DNA from: Myxococcales bacterium
Lineage (GTDB): Bacteria > Myxococcota_A > UBA9042
DNA length: 64,000 nt
Reading direction: 5' to 3'
Assembly: GCA_037441385.1 (NCBI GenBank)
Contig: JBBISH010000009.1
Location: 1 to 64,000, forward strand
Shown here: positions 1-8,937 of the stretch, piece by piece
Layout of the letters: each line of letters starts with the position of its first letter
Numbering within the stretch: the stretch's first letter is position 1
Notes under the pieces: generated by a model
Database searches by the model: none
Told to the model about the DNA's origin: nothing
Seen by the model: the letters and a program-made list of their open reading frames with translations, nothing else
Translations under genes and position numbers: made by a program

Positions 1-134
1 CGCTGGTACGCCGGTCCGCACGAGGCGGCGACCATCGCATGCTTCTGCAATCGAAAACAGGTCTTTCGCCTGTTATTCTCTAATAATTTGGAATTACTTT
101 GAAAGTCCGGATCTGGAACCGGTGGGCGCGGGGA

Positions 135-243
135 CCCCTCCTCTCCCAACGCATTGGGCGAGGGGTAACTATTGATTTATCAATAATAACCCTCTCCCCT
201 AAGCGGGAGAGCGTGGACGGCACCGCCGGCCGGGTGAGGGGGC
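135..243. repeat. REP-like palindromic intergenic element (CCCTCTCCC...GGGAGAG...GGGTGAGGG type)
   Basis: Two GC-rich hairpins flank an AT-rich palindrome (TATTGAT-TT-ATCAATA, 170-185). The reverse complement of 140-165 matches 55025-55050 at 24/26 nt. Confidence 0.65.
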
Positions 244-278
244 CAAGCCGTGTCCACGGTCGGCATCCGGTAAGGCAG

Positions 279-476
279 GAATTGCTGAACGAATGAGCAG
301 TAACTGGTCGAGTCTCTAGAGAGCGGATCTATTCAGACTTTCTCCGCGCATCCGAGCCGTCGAACTCGGCGCGGCGAGTCGCCGCAGGCGCTCGCTTGCG
401 CCCCACTTGGGGCTAGAGACGCGACCGGCAAAGCGAATTACTGAACGAATGAGCAGTAATAGGTCGAGTCTCTAGA
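279..476. repeat. 42-bp direct repeat pair with a CTAG-bounded MITE-like unit
   Basis: 279-320 and 435-476 are 39/42 identical. 413-426 and 462-475 are inverted repeats (13/14) with outer CTAG ends. There is an internal hairpin ATTACTG-N10-CAGTAAT. Confidence 0.8.
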
Positions 477-2178
477 CGGCCAACTCGTTTTCGGTTCGCG
501 GCCAGATCAGGCTCAGCCCGGCCGTCAGCACCAGCACCAGCGCGCATCCCACCACGTTGAACCACAGAAAGCCCAAGGACGTGCCAAAAAACAGCAGGAT
601 GACCAGCGTCTGCGCCACCAGCGTTGCCACCACCACCGCCCGGCCCGAGGCGCGCTGCAGCCACAGCGCCGCCAGGAACAGCCCAAGGATCGTGCCGTAG
701 AACAGCGAACCCAAGATGTTCACTGCCTGAATTAGGTTGTCGACCAGCGACGCCACCGACGCGAACCCAACCGCCACCGCGCCCCAGACCACGGTGAACA
801 CTTGCGACGCCCGCACCAGCGCCGCGCCGTCGGCATCGGGTCGCCGCAGCCGCCGCCACAAGTCCAAGGCCGAGGTCGTGCCCAGGGCCGAGAGTTCGCC
901 AGCGATCGAACTCATCGCCGCGAACAGGATCACCGCCACCAAAAGACCCACCAGCCCATGCGGCAACCAGTGCTGGACGAAGTGGAGAAAAATGTAGTCG
1001 CTGTCTTTGGTTTCGGCACCTGGCAGCGCGCGGCTCAGGACGTCGCGGGCTTTGCTGCGCGTCGCCTCGGCCCTGGCTTGGCTGCCGCGCAGGTCGGCTT
1101 GCTTCTGCACGATTTGTTCGGCGTTGCGGGCCTGATAGGCCACGACCAGGTCGCGGGCGTCGCGAGTGACCACCTGGCGCTGGTCTTGCCAGGTCGCCTG
1201 CAATGCCTGCAATTCCTGTGCGGCGGCGGTATGTTGCGCGCGCTCGACCAGCGCCTGGTTGAAGTGCAGCGGCGGCGGCTGGAACAAGAAGAACACGAAT
1301 ACCAGCGCCCCGACCAGCAAGATCAGGGCCTGCATCGGAATCTTCAGGACCGCATTGAACAGCAGGCCGATGCGGATTTCGCGCAGGGACTTGCCACCCA
1401 AGTAGCGGCCCACCTGCGACTGATCGGTGCCGAAGTAGGCCAGCGACAAGAAGAACCCGCCCAGCAGGCCAGACCACAGGTTGTAGCGGTCGCTCAAGTC
1501 GAACTGGAAGCGGACCGCGTCCAATCGGCCAGAGGTTCCGGCCAGGTGCAGGGCATCGCCCACGCTCACGCCGGTTGGCAGCCGCCACGCCACCACCAGC
1601 GCGGCGACCACGATGCCGGCGAGCATCACGACCATCTGCTGCTTTTGCGCCTGCGCCACCGCCGCAGCCCCGCCCGACACCGTGTAGAGCACCACCGTGC
1701 CGCCCATCGCCCACACCGTGGCTTCCAGCGACCAACCCAGCAGCGCAGAGAGGATAATCGCGGGTGCGTACAAGGTAATTCCCGCCGCGAGCCCTCGCTG
1801 GAGCAAGAACAGCGCCGCGCCGAGCACCCGCGCGCCCACGCCAAAGCGCTTCTCTAGCAGTTCGTAGGCGGTATACACCTTGCTGCGATGATAGGCCGGC
1901 GCCAGCACCGCGCTCACGACGATCAGCGCCAGCGGCATCCCCAAGTACACCTGCACAAAGCGCATTCCGTCTTCATACGCTTGGCCGGGCACGGAGAGAA
2001 ATGTGATGGCGCTGGCTTGGGTGGCCATGACCGCAAGGCCAATGGTCGCCCAGCCCTGGCTGCTTCCACCACGCAAGTATGTGTCGCTGCTCTGATTTGC
2101 CCCGCGACCGGCCCAAAGGCCCCAGCCCACGATGAGCAGCGACACGCCCAGCAGCACCGCCCAGTCCAGTGCGCTCAC
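472..2178 (-). CDS. Sodium:solute symporter (SSS) family protein
   Basis: Motifs ATQASAITFLSVPGQAY, YFGTDQSQVGRYL and AAMSS, plus many TM helices. GTG start at 2178 has GGAG 8 nt upstream; the ORF-track start at 2475 overlaps the upstream gene. Confidence 0.92.
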   Translation of the reverse strand: MSALDWAVLLGVSLLIVGWGLWAGRGANQSSDTYLRGGSSQGWATIGLAVMATQASAITFLSVPGQAYEDGMRFVQVYLGMPLALIVVSAVLAPAYHRSKVYTAYELLEKRFGVGARVLGAALFLLQRGLAAGITLYAPAIILSALLGWSLEATVWAMGGTVVLYTVSGGAAAVAQAQKQQMVVMLAGIVVAALVVAWRLPTGVSVGDALHLAGTSGRLDAVRFQFDLSDRYNLWSGLLGGFFLSLAYFGTDQSQVGRYLGGKSLREIRIGLLFNAVLKIPMQALILLVGALVFVFFLFQPPPLHFNQALVERAQHTAAAQELQALQATWQDQRQVVTRDARDLVVAYQARNAEQIVQKQADLRGSQARAEATRSKARDVLSRALPGAETKDSDYIFLHFVQHWLPHGLVGLLVAVILFAAMSSIAGELSALGTTSALDLWRRLRRPDADGAALVRASQVFTVVWGAVAVGFASVASLVDNLIQAVNILGSLFYGTILGLFLAALWLQRASGRAVVVATLVAQTLVILLFFGTSLGFLWFNVVGCALVLVLTAGLSLIWPRTENELAV

Positions 2179-2288
2179 GACCAATACTCCTGGGCTGCCC
2201 ACAGCAGCGTCACCACCAAAACCTCCACCGCCAACACGGCGATATACCACTGGTTCCAGCTGCCCGCTGGCGCTCGCTCGTCCGTCAT
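2175..2288 (-). CDS. 37-aa single-TM membrane peptide (not in the ORF track)
   Basis: Translates to MTDERAPAGSWNQWYIAVLAVEVLVVTLLWAAQEYWS. Its ATG directly follows the upstream TAG and its TGA overlaps the symporter GTG (GTGA). Confidence 0.8.
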   Translation of the reverse strand: MTDERAPAGSWNQWYIAVLAVEVLVVTLLWAAQEYWS

Positions 2289-4844
2289 CTAGGGCCCCAG
2301 CAGGTTGGCAAACAGCCGCCACGCCCCGGGTACCCCCGCCGGCAGCTGGCGGAAGAACGCCAAACCCGTGTAGATGTAAGTACCTTTGCCGTGCGGTGCC
2401 ACCAGCAGCGCGCCCGATTGCAGTGCTTCGCCAGGGTCTTGCAGCTGCAGCGGCGTGCGGTAGCGCGGGTCCCAAGTTTGGGCAAAGTAGAGACCGCGCT
2501 CTTGCACCCAGCCTTGCATGTCGGCGTCCGTCAACCGGTTGGGCGTCGTCAGCAGCGCGTCGGCCGGGTCTTGCCAGTGCATGGGCGCCGTCTCGTCGGT
2601 CACGCGCTCGCGGCCGATTTCAAGTGGATACGGCCCCAGCGGCACGGTCAGCGGACCCACGCGGCTGTTGGTGTGGTACTGCACGACGAGACGACCGCCG
2701 CGCTCGACCCAGGCGTACAATTTCTTGAGGTGGGTCGCCAACTTGGGCTGCGCGTTTAGGGCCCGCACCCCGACCACGATGGTGTCGTATCCGTGCAGAT
2801 CGTCCGTGGCCAGGCGGGCTTCCGGCAGCAGCGTCACGGAGTAGCCCACCGACTGCAGCGCTTCGGCGACCTTGTCGCCCGGCCCCGGGATGTAGCCGAT
2901 GCGCCGTTTGCCCAGGGTCAGCGCCGCTGACTGCAGCCGCACTTCGGCCGGTCGCCGCACCGTGAGCTGTGGGATATGCTCGTATTCCAATGTGTCTTGC
3001 CGCAGCGACCAGCTCTGGCCCTGCCAGGTGGCCCGGGCTTGCAGCACCCCTTGGCTGGCCGGACCGGTGGGACCCGTCACCTGCACGGTCAACACCGTCG
3101 GCTCGCCGCGCAGGCCTGGCGGCACAATCACGTGAGCTGGCGCGCACTTCCATCCCGGCGGCGCCTCGAAGTCGATTCTCAGCGGCTCGGTGGTCGGGCC
3201 CGGCAGCGCATTGCTCAAGGTCCACTGCAGCTCCACCGGCCGATCCTGCGGGACTAGCGCCACCGCCCGATCCGGCGAAAGCGCAAACGGCGGCGCGACT
3301 TCCACGGCTCGGGCGCGCTCCCCGCGCACCGGGTCCGTCCAGTGGTACTGCACGGCGCGCTCGACTTGCAGCGGAACCCCGGCGATAGCTAGCGAAAACA
3401 CGGCGCGCAGCGGCGCTGGCGCCACGGGCAGGTGCAAATCTTCTGGCCGATCCAGCACATGCAAGCCACCTTGCGGGGGATGATGCAGCCAATACGGGGT
3501 GGTCGGCCGCGTCTGCGGCCCCAGCTTGGCCTGCACGACCTGGGTTTGCGACGCGTGCAAGGGCAGGTCGGTGGCCATGGTCTGCTCCGCCGTCTCCGCC
3601 GCGCCCTCCAGCCGCAGACCGCGCCACGTCACCGCGGCCGGCAGGCCCAGCAGCGCTGTGGCCTTGATGGGGTAGCTCAGGCCGGGCACCAGTGCCGGTG
3701 CCTCGGTCTTCGCTTCGAGCCACAGCCCGGCGCACGCCACCATCAGCTGATCCACATCGCGCAGCTTGGCTTGGCGATAGGGATTGTTCGCCGGCAGCCG
3801 CTCCAGCAGGCCGCGCAGCTTGGCCAGACCGGGCAACGATTTCTGGGGCACGCGCGGATCGAACGCCTGGACCAGCTCGGCCACCGCTGCGTCGATGGGC
3901 GCGCCGCCGGCAAAGCGCTGCCAGCGAAACTCCAGCCCGCTGAAGGGGTCCGCCGTGGTCGGGTTGCTGCCGGCCAGGTGCTCGAAGAACTCGGGCAGTG
4001 GCCCGCGGGCCGTCGCCACGCCAAAACCCTGGCTTTTGTGCTGACTGCGGCTGGCCGCGGCCACTTCGCCCCAGTCGCGTCCCAGCAGCGGGCTGTAGCC
4101 GCCCACGTCCAGCTTGTAGGGGGCCTTGACGTCTTCGATCTTGCGGTTGAACAGCGTGACGTTGTGGAGGAGACGCGCTGGCAGCCAAGGCGTTAGAACA
4201 TCTGGAAATTGCTTGGCATCGCCGGCCGCGGCAAACGCCAACGCCGCCAGCTCGGCCGACGCGGTGTGGTGCCCGTGGTTCGGCGGCTGGGGTGTGAAGC
4301 GGGTGATCACCACGTCTGGCCGCACCTGGCGGAGCTGGCGCACCACGTCGCCCAGCACCGCGTTCTTGCCCCAAATCGTCAGTGCTTCCACGGTGGTCTT
4401 GGTGTAGCCCAGGTCGCGGGCGCGGGTAAAGCGCTGCTCGGCGCCGTCGATCTGCCGGGCCGCCAGCAGTTCGTGCGTCCGCAGCACGCCCAGCAGTTCG
4501 TCCTGTTCGGTGCCGATGAGGTTTTGGCCGCCATCGCCGCGGGTGAGCGACAGGTACACGGCTCGCAAGCCGCGCTCGCCGGCCAACCATGCCAGCAGCC
4601 TAGAGTTCTCGTCGTCGGGATGGGCGGCTACATACAGCACCGTGCCGACCGTGCCGAGCCGTTGCATCGCAGCCACGAGCGCGCCCGCGGACGGCAGCTG
4701 CGGCACGACCTGAGGCGTCAAGGCGTGTTCCTGGGCTTGGGCTTCGACAGGCATGGTCACTCCCGCGGCAAGCGCCGCCCACGCCGCAGCGGCGAGCAGG
4801 GCGCGGTGGACCAAGGGCGGCTGGGGGATGGGCGGCAACGGCAT
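2289..4844 (-). CDS. Exported PIG-L/LmbE-family deacetylase with a C-terminal GATase-like domain
   Basis: AAHPDDE metal motif, TRGDGGQNLIG, HGHH, signal-peptide-like N-terminus (..AQA) and C-terminal GWVQERGLYF...FFRQLPAGVPGA. Start is approximate. Confidence 0.9.
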   Translation of the reverse strand: MPLPPIPQPPLVHRALLAAAAWAALAAGVTMPVEAQAQEHALTPQVVPQLPSAGALVAAMQRLGTVGTVLYVAAHPDDENSRLLAWLAGERGLRAVYLSLTRGDGGQNLIGTEQDELLGVLRTHELLAARQIDGAEQRFTRARDLGYTKTTVEALTIWGKNAVLGDVVRQLRQVRPDVVITRFTPQPPNHGHHTASAELAALAFAAAGDAKQFPDVLTPWLPARLLHNVTLFNRKIEDVKAPYKLDVGGYSPLLGRDWGEVAAASRSQHKSQGFGVATARGPLPEFFEHLAGSNPTTADPFSGLEFRWQRFAGGAPIDAAVAELVQAFDPRVPQKSLPGLAKLRGLLERLPANNPYRQAKLRDVDQLMVACAGLWLEAKTEAPALVPGLSYPIKATALLGLPAAVTWRGLRLEGAAETAEQTMATDLPLHASQTQVVQAKLGPQTRPTTPYWLHHPPQGGLHVLDRPEDLHLPVAPAPLRAVFSLAIAGVPLQVERAVQYHWTDPVRGERARAVEVAPPFALSPDRAVALVPQDRPVELQWTLSNALPGPTTEPLRIDFEAPPGWKCAPAHVIVPPGLRGEPTVLTVQVTGPTGPASQGVLQARATWQGQSWSLRQDTLEYEHIPQLTVRRPAEVRLQSAALTLGKRRIGYIPGPGDKVAEALQSVGYSVTLLPEARLATDDLHGYDTIVVGVRALNAQPKLATHLKKLYAWVERGGRLVVQYHTNSRVGPLTVPLGPYPLEIGRERVTDETAPMHWQDPADALLTTPNRLTDADMQGWVQERGLYFAQTWDPRYRTPLQLQDPGEALQSGALLVAPHGKGTYIYTGLAFFRQLPAGVPGAWRLFANLLGP

Positions 4845-5015
4845 GGGCGGGCGCTCGCGATGGGGCTGGACGGCATGGGGCCGATCCTGGCTGACCGGCT
4901 GCGGAATCCCCGCGCCCTCTGTGCGCAGGATCAGCGGCTTGGCAGGGCCCACTTGGCAGTGTCGCCGCGGTCTCGCTACCCTCCGCGCCGGCCAGCTTGG
5001 CCCAGCGAGCCGCCC

Positions 5016-6632
5016 ATGTCACGCCCATTTGCCCCAACTTGGCTTGCCGGCGACCCAATGGCGCGGGCGCTGTTGCCGGGTGGGCTGCTGGATCCCGCTG
5101 ACCGACCCCGTCTGGCGCAGGCCGCGGCGGCGCGCACGGTGCACCCTGGGGCCCTCTTGGCGGCCCAAGAGCTCGCTGCACAGCTGCCGGATCGACCGGC
5201 CCGCACAGCCAACCTAGAGCGGTTGGCCCAGGGTGGCACCGCAGTGGTGGTCACGGGGCAGCAGCTGGGCCTGTTTCTGGGGCCACTTTTCACCCTGCAC
5301 AAGGCGGCGACGGCGGTGGCGGTCGCGCGGGCTCTCGAGGCCGAGACTGGTGTGCCCTGTGTGCCGCTATTTTGGCTGCAGAGCGAGGATCACGACGCCG
5401 CTGAGATCGATCACGCCTGGGTGCCCCGACCGCCGGGAGCGCCGGTCCGTTTGCACGCCCCGCTCGAGGGGGCCGGGCGGGCGTCGGTGGGGAGTCTGGC
5501 CACGTCGCCGCAGATTCTTGAGGTATTGGGCGAACTTGAGGAGTTGCTGCGCGGCCTGCCGCACACGGACGCGACCGTGGCACTGCTGCGCGAGGCGTGG
5601 CAGCCGGGCGAACCGCTGACGCTGGCGGTGGCGCGCCATGTCGACGCGCTGCTGGGCGACTGCGGCCTGGTCTTGGTGGACCCGCGGCACCCGGCGATGG
5701 TGGCGGCGGCTGCGCCTTTGCACCGGCTGGTGATCGATCAGCATGCCGCGATCGAGGCGCTGCTGGTCGAGCGTGGATCCGCGCTGCGCCTGGCCGGATT
5801 TGAGCCGCAAGTGGCTGTGCGCCCTGGCTCGCCGTTGTGCTTTGCGGCGCCGGGGGGCGATGGAACGCCGCGCTATCGGGTTCGAGCCCACGATGGCGGC
5901 TGGCAGGTGCTGCGGCGCGACGGTGAACAGACCTTGACGGATGCGGAGTTGCGCGCCCTGCCGCCGGCGGCGTTCAGCACCTCGGCGTTGCTGCGGCCGC
6001 TGCTGCAAGATCTACTGCTGCCTTGTGCCGCGTATGTGGGCGGGCCGGCCGAGCTGGGCTATCTGGCGCAGCTTCAGCCCGTCTACGCTTTGCTGGGGAT
6101 CGCGCCGTCGTCGGCGCTGGGCCGCGCGGGCTTTACGTGGTTGGAAGGCTGGCTACAGCAGGCGCTGGCTGAGCAGAGCTTGACGATCCACGACCTGCAG
6201 GAGGCGGCGCAGTCGGAGCCCGATCGGGCCGCCCTGCAACAGCAAGCCCAGGCCGATGCGGATGCCTTGCAGGCGGCGGTCGCGCAGGCGCTGGACGGCG
6301 TGTGGCCCCAACTGCAGCAGGCGCTCGCGCAGGCCGACCCAGGGCTGGACAAGGCGGGCGAGAGGGCCCGCGCGCAGATCGACGACGCGGTGGTCAAGTT
6401 GCTGGGCAAGCTGGTGCGTGCTCGGTCGGCGCAGGGTTTGGGCGACGTGTCGCGCTGGCAGCGGGCCCAGGTGCTGTGCTGGCCGCAGGGTATGCCGCAA
6501 GAGCGGTTCTACAGCTGGCCGTGGTTTGCCGCTCGGTTTGGCGTTCAGACGCTGACCCAGGCGGCTTTGGCATTGCCGCGGCCGTTTGCCGGCGAGCATT
6601 GGGCCATGGCCCCAAGTGCAGAGGCGCTCTAG
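5016..6632 (+). CDS. bshC: Bacillithiol biosynthesis cysteine-adding enzyme BshC
   Basis: VVTGQQLGLFLGPLFTLHKA, FWLQSEDHD, ALLRPLLQD, YVGGPAELGYLAQL and PQER; adjacent to bshB1 and bshA. Confidence 0.92.
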   Translation: MSRPFAPTWLAGDPMARALLPGGLLDPADRPRLAQAAAARTVHPGALLAAQELAAQLPDRPARTANLERLAQGGTAVVVTGQQLGLFLGPLFTLHKAATAVAVARALEAETGVPCVPLFWLQSEDHDAAEIDHAWVPRPPGAPVRLHAPLEGAGRASVGSLATSPQILEVLGELEELLRGLPHTDATVALLREAWQPGEPLTLAVARHVDALLGDCGLVLVDPRHPAMVAAAAPLHRLVIDQHAAIEALLVERGSALRLAGFEPQVAVRPGSPLCFAAPGGDGTPRYRVRAHDGGWQVLRRDGEQTLTDAELRALPPAAFSTSALLRPLLQDLLLPCAAYVGGPAELGYLAQLQPVYALLGIAPSSALGRAGFTWLEGWLQQALAEQSLTIHDLQEAAQSEPDRAALQQQAQADADALQAAVAQALDGVWPQLQQALAQADPGLDKAGERARAQIDDAVVKLLGKLVRARSAQGLGDVSRWQRAQVLCWPQGMPQERFYSWPWFAARFGVQTLTQAALALPRPFAGEHWAMAPSAEAL

Positions 6633-7379
6633 ATGGCCGATCAGACGCTGGAAATCCTGGTGATTGCTCCACATCCCGACGACGCGGAGCTGTTTTGCGG
6701 CGGCTTGCTGGCCAAGCTGTCCGCCCGGGGCTACCGCTGTGGCGTGCTGGACCTGACGTGCGGCGAGCGCGCGTCCAATGGCTCGCCTGCGGTGCGGCAG
6801 CAAGAAGCCGAGGCGGCGGCGCGAGTTCTGGGCCTACGTTGGCGCGGCAACTTGGGCCTGCCGGACGGCGGATTGGACGCGGGCGATGCCGCACAAGTGC
6901 AGGCGTTGGTCGGGCAATTGCGTGAGCTTCGCCCCGAACTGGTGCTGGCCCCGTGGCGGCAAGAGCGGCACCCCGACCACGTGGCCGCCTCGCAGCTAGC
7001 CAAGCGCGCGGTTTTCCTTTGTGGTTTGCGGAACTGGCCCGCGCCGGACCAGTCGGCCCACAGCGTGGCTCAACTGGCCTACTATCCGATGCGGAGTCAA
7101 GTTCGCCCCAGCTTCGTGGTCGATATCGCGGATTTTGTCGCTGCCAAGACCCGCGCCATCGCCTGCCATGCGAGCCAAGTTGGGCCGAGCGCGGCGGGCA
7201 CCTTGGTTGGCTCGCCCGCGTCGCAGCGGGCGCTGCAGCACCGCGATGGCTGGTTCGGCGCCTTTGTCGGGAGCGCGGCGGGCGAGCCGTACCTGCTGGA
7301 CGGCCCGGTGCCGGTCGCTGACCCGCTCGCCATGGTGCGAGGACGACGCGGACCGCCGCAGTTTTTCGAGGAACTTTGA
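6633..7379 (+). CDS. bshB1: Bacillithiol biosynthesis deacetylase BshB1
   Basis: APHPDDAEL, DLTCGE and RHPDH motifs; abuts the bshC stop codon. Confidence 0.9.
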   Translation: MADQTLEILVIAPHPDDAELFCGGLLAKLSARGYRCGVLDLTCGERASNGSPAVRQQEAEAAARVLGLRWRGNLGLPDGGLDAGDAAQVQALVGQLRELRPELVLAPWRQERHPDHVAASQLAKRAVFLCGLRNWPAPDQSAHSVAQLAYYPMRSQVRPSFVVDIADFVAAKTRAIACHASQVGPSAAGTLVGSPASQRALQHRDGWFGAFVGSAAGEPYLLDGPVPVADPLAMVRGRRGPPQFFEEL

Positions 7380-7390
7380 ACCCTTCGCCC

Positions 7391-8539
7391 ATGCACATCG
7401 CGATGGTCTGCCTGCCCAGCTGGGGTGGGAGCAGCGCCGTGGCCGTGGACTTGGCCAGCGGGCTGGTCGAGCGCGGTCATCGCGTCACGGTAGTCGCACA
7501 CAACCCACCGCCGCGGCCGGTCCTGGCCAGCTTGCCTACTGGGCGTCTGGTGGTCCGGCCCGTGCAGGTGGGCGCCCATCCCGCCTTGGCCCAGGCGGGT
7601 GCCTTGACGGTCGCGCTAGCCGGCACGTTGCTACAACTGCTGAGCGAGGACCCGTTCGACTTGCTGCACGTGCACTACGCGGTGCCGCACGCGATGGCGG
7701 CGCAGTTGGCCAGGGCGGCTTGGCCGGGTCCGTTTCCGGCGGTGGTGGTGAGCCTGCATGGCACGGATGCCAGCGAGATTGCAGCGGATACGCAGTATCG
7801 GCCCTTGTTGCGCACGGCTCTGGCCGGGGCGCAGGCGGTGACTGCGCCGTCTTTGGGGTTGGCGCGGCTGGCGCAGAGCCACCTCGAACTGCCGCAACTG
7901 CCCATCGTGCAACACAACTTTGTCGACCTTGAACAGTTCGTGCCGGCCCAAACGCGCGATAGGCGCCAACTAGACGAACACTTCGCGGTGCGCGACGACT
8001 CGCCCGTGTTGCTGCATGTGTCGAACTTTCGGCCGGTCAAGCAAGCGCCGATGCTGGTTGAGCAATTCGCCGCCCTGTGTGCACACACGCCGTGCCGGCT
8101 GCTGCTTGTGGGCGATGGCCCAGATTTGCCCCAGGTCCGGGAGGCGGTTGCGCAATTGGGCCTGCGGGACCGCGTCGCCAGCTTGCCGCCCCGCGGCGAT
8201 TGCCTGCCGCTGCTGCAGCACGCCGACGTGTTCGTGCTGCCGAGCCGCAGCGAAGGCTTTGGTCTTGCGGCGTTAGAGGCGATGGCCTGCGGGACGCCGG
8301 TGGTGGCGACGGCGGTGGGCGGCGTGCCCGAGGTGGTGGCCGACGGCATCGCGGGCCTGCTCGTGGACCCGCAGGAGCCCAGCGCGCTCGCACTGGCGCT
8401 GCGGAATGTCCTGAGCGACCGCGGTCTTTGGCAGCGTTTGTCGCAGGGTGCGCGGGCCGTGGCGGCGTCCGAGTTCGGCCGGCCGGCGGGCGTGCAGCGC
8501 TGGTTGGAGTTGTACGCCGACCTGCTGGCGGTTGCCTGA
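7391..8539 (+). CDS. bshA: N-acetyl-alpha-D-glucosaminyl L-malate synthase BshA (GT4)
   Basis: DLLHVHYAVPHA, SLHGTD, HVSNFRPVK and EGFGLAALEAMACG. An alternative TTG start exists at 7376. Confidence 0.92.
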   Translation: MHIAMVCLPSWGGSSAVAVDLASGLVERGHRVTVVAHNPPPRPVLASLPTGRLVVRPVQVGAHPALAQAGALTVALAGTLLQLLSEDPFDLLHVHYAVPHAMAAQLARAAWPGPFPAVVVSLHGTDASEIAADTQYRPLLRTALAGAQAVTAPSLGLARLAQSHLELPQLPIVQHNFVDLEQFVPAQTRDRRQLDEHFAVRDDSPVLLHVSNFRPVKQAPMLVEQFAALCAHTPCRLLLVGDGPDLPQVREAVAQLGLRDRVASLPPRGDCLPLLQHADVFVLPSRSEGFGLAALEAMACGTPVVATAVGGVPEVVADGIAGLLVDPQEPSALALALRNVLSDRGLWQRLSQGARAVAASEFGRPAGVQRWLELYADLLAVA

Positions 8540-8565
8540 CGGTCGCTCGCCGCGCCCTGTCGCAA

Positions 8566-8580
8566 GGGGGCATTTTCTAC
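8566..8580 (-). promoter_or_regulatory. Recurrent intergenic motif GTAGAAAATGCCCCC (copy 1)
   Basis: The same 15-mer occurs at 19771 and 21043, and with one mismatch at 32359. Function unknown. Confidence 0.55.
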
Positions 8581-8937
8581 TCAGCATTCTGAAAGGGCTT
8601 TTGGGCGTCCCGGCCCGGCGAACGCAGCGTGCCGGGCATTTTCTGGGCGACCCCCGCCGGGCCGTCGCGCTACGGCCGCCGGTCGAAGCCAGCGCCTGCC
8701 AGACCCCGCCTTCCCGCTCCCGGCGGTGGCAACGCCTGTTCGGCGCTGCCACCCCATGCGGGGCCAGCATCGCTGACGCGCACCTGAGTTCCAGCGCAAC
8801 TCCACGGACTGGACATTGCGCCCCAACCGAATCGGGCTCGCATGACACAGTGGTGATTGCCCAAAGGACGATCGCGTTGACACGTTGCCGTGGCCGGCGC
8901 AGCCTGCGCGGTGTCGTTTGTTATTGCGAGGTTTCCG

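Noticed and set aside
167..186. FNR or IHF site in TAACTATTGATTTATCAATA
   Set aside because: The TTGAT/ATCAA spacing is 2 rather than 4, and the IHF consensus spacing is off by one base.
279..476. CRISPR array
   Set aside because: Only two repeats, 114 bp apart, with no cas genes; the terminal inverted repeats fit a MITE-like unit better.
4209..5015. N-terminal extension of BshC and similar long ORF-track starts
   Set aside because: They overlap genes on the opposite or same strand; downstream starts fit RBS position or family length better.
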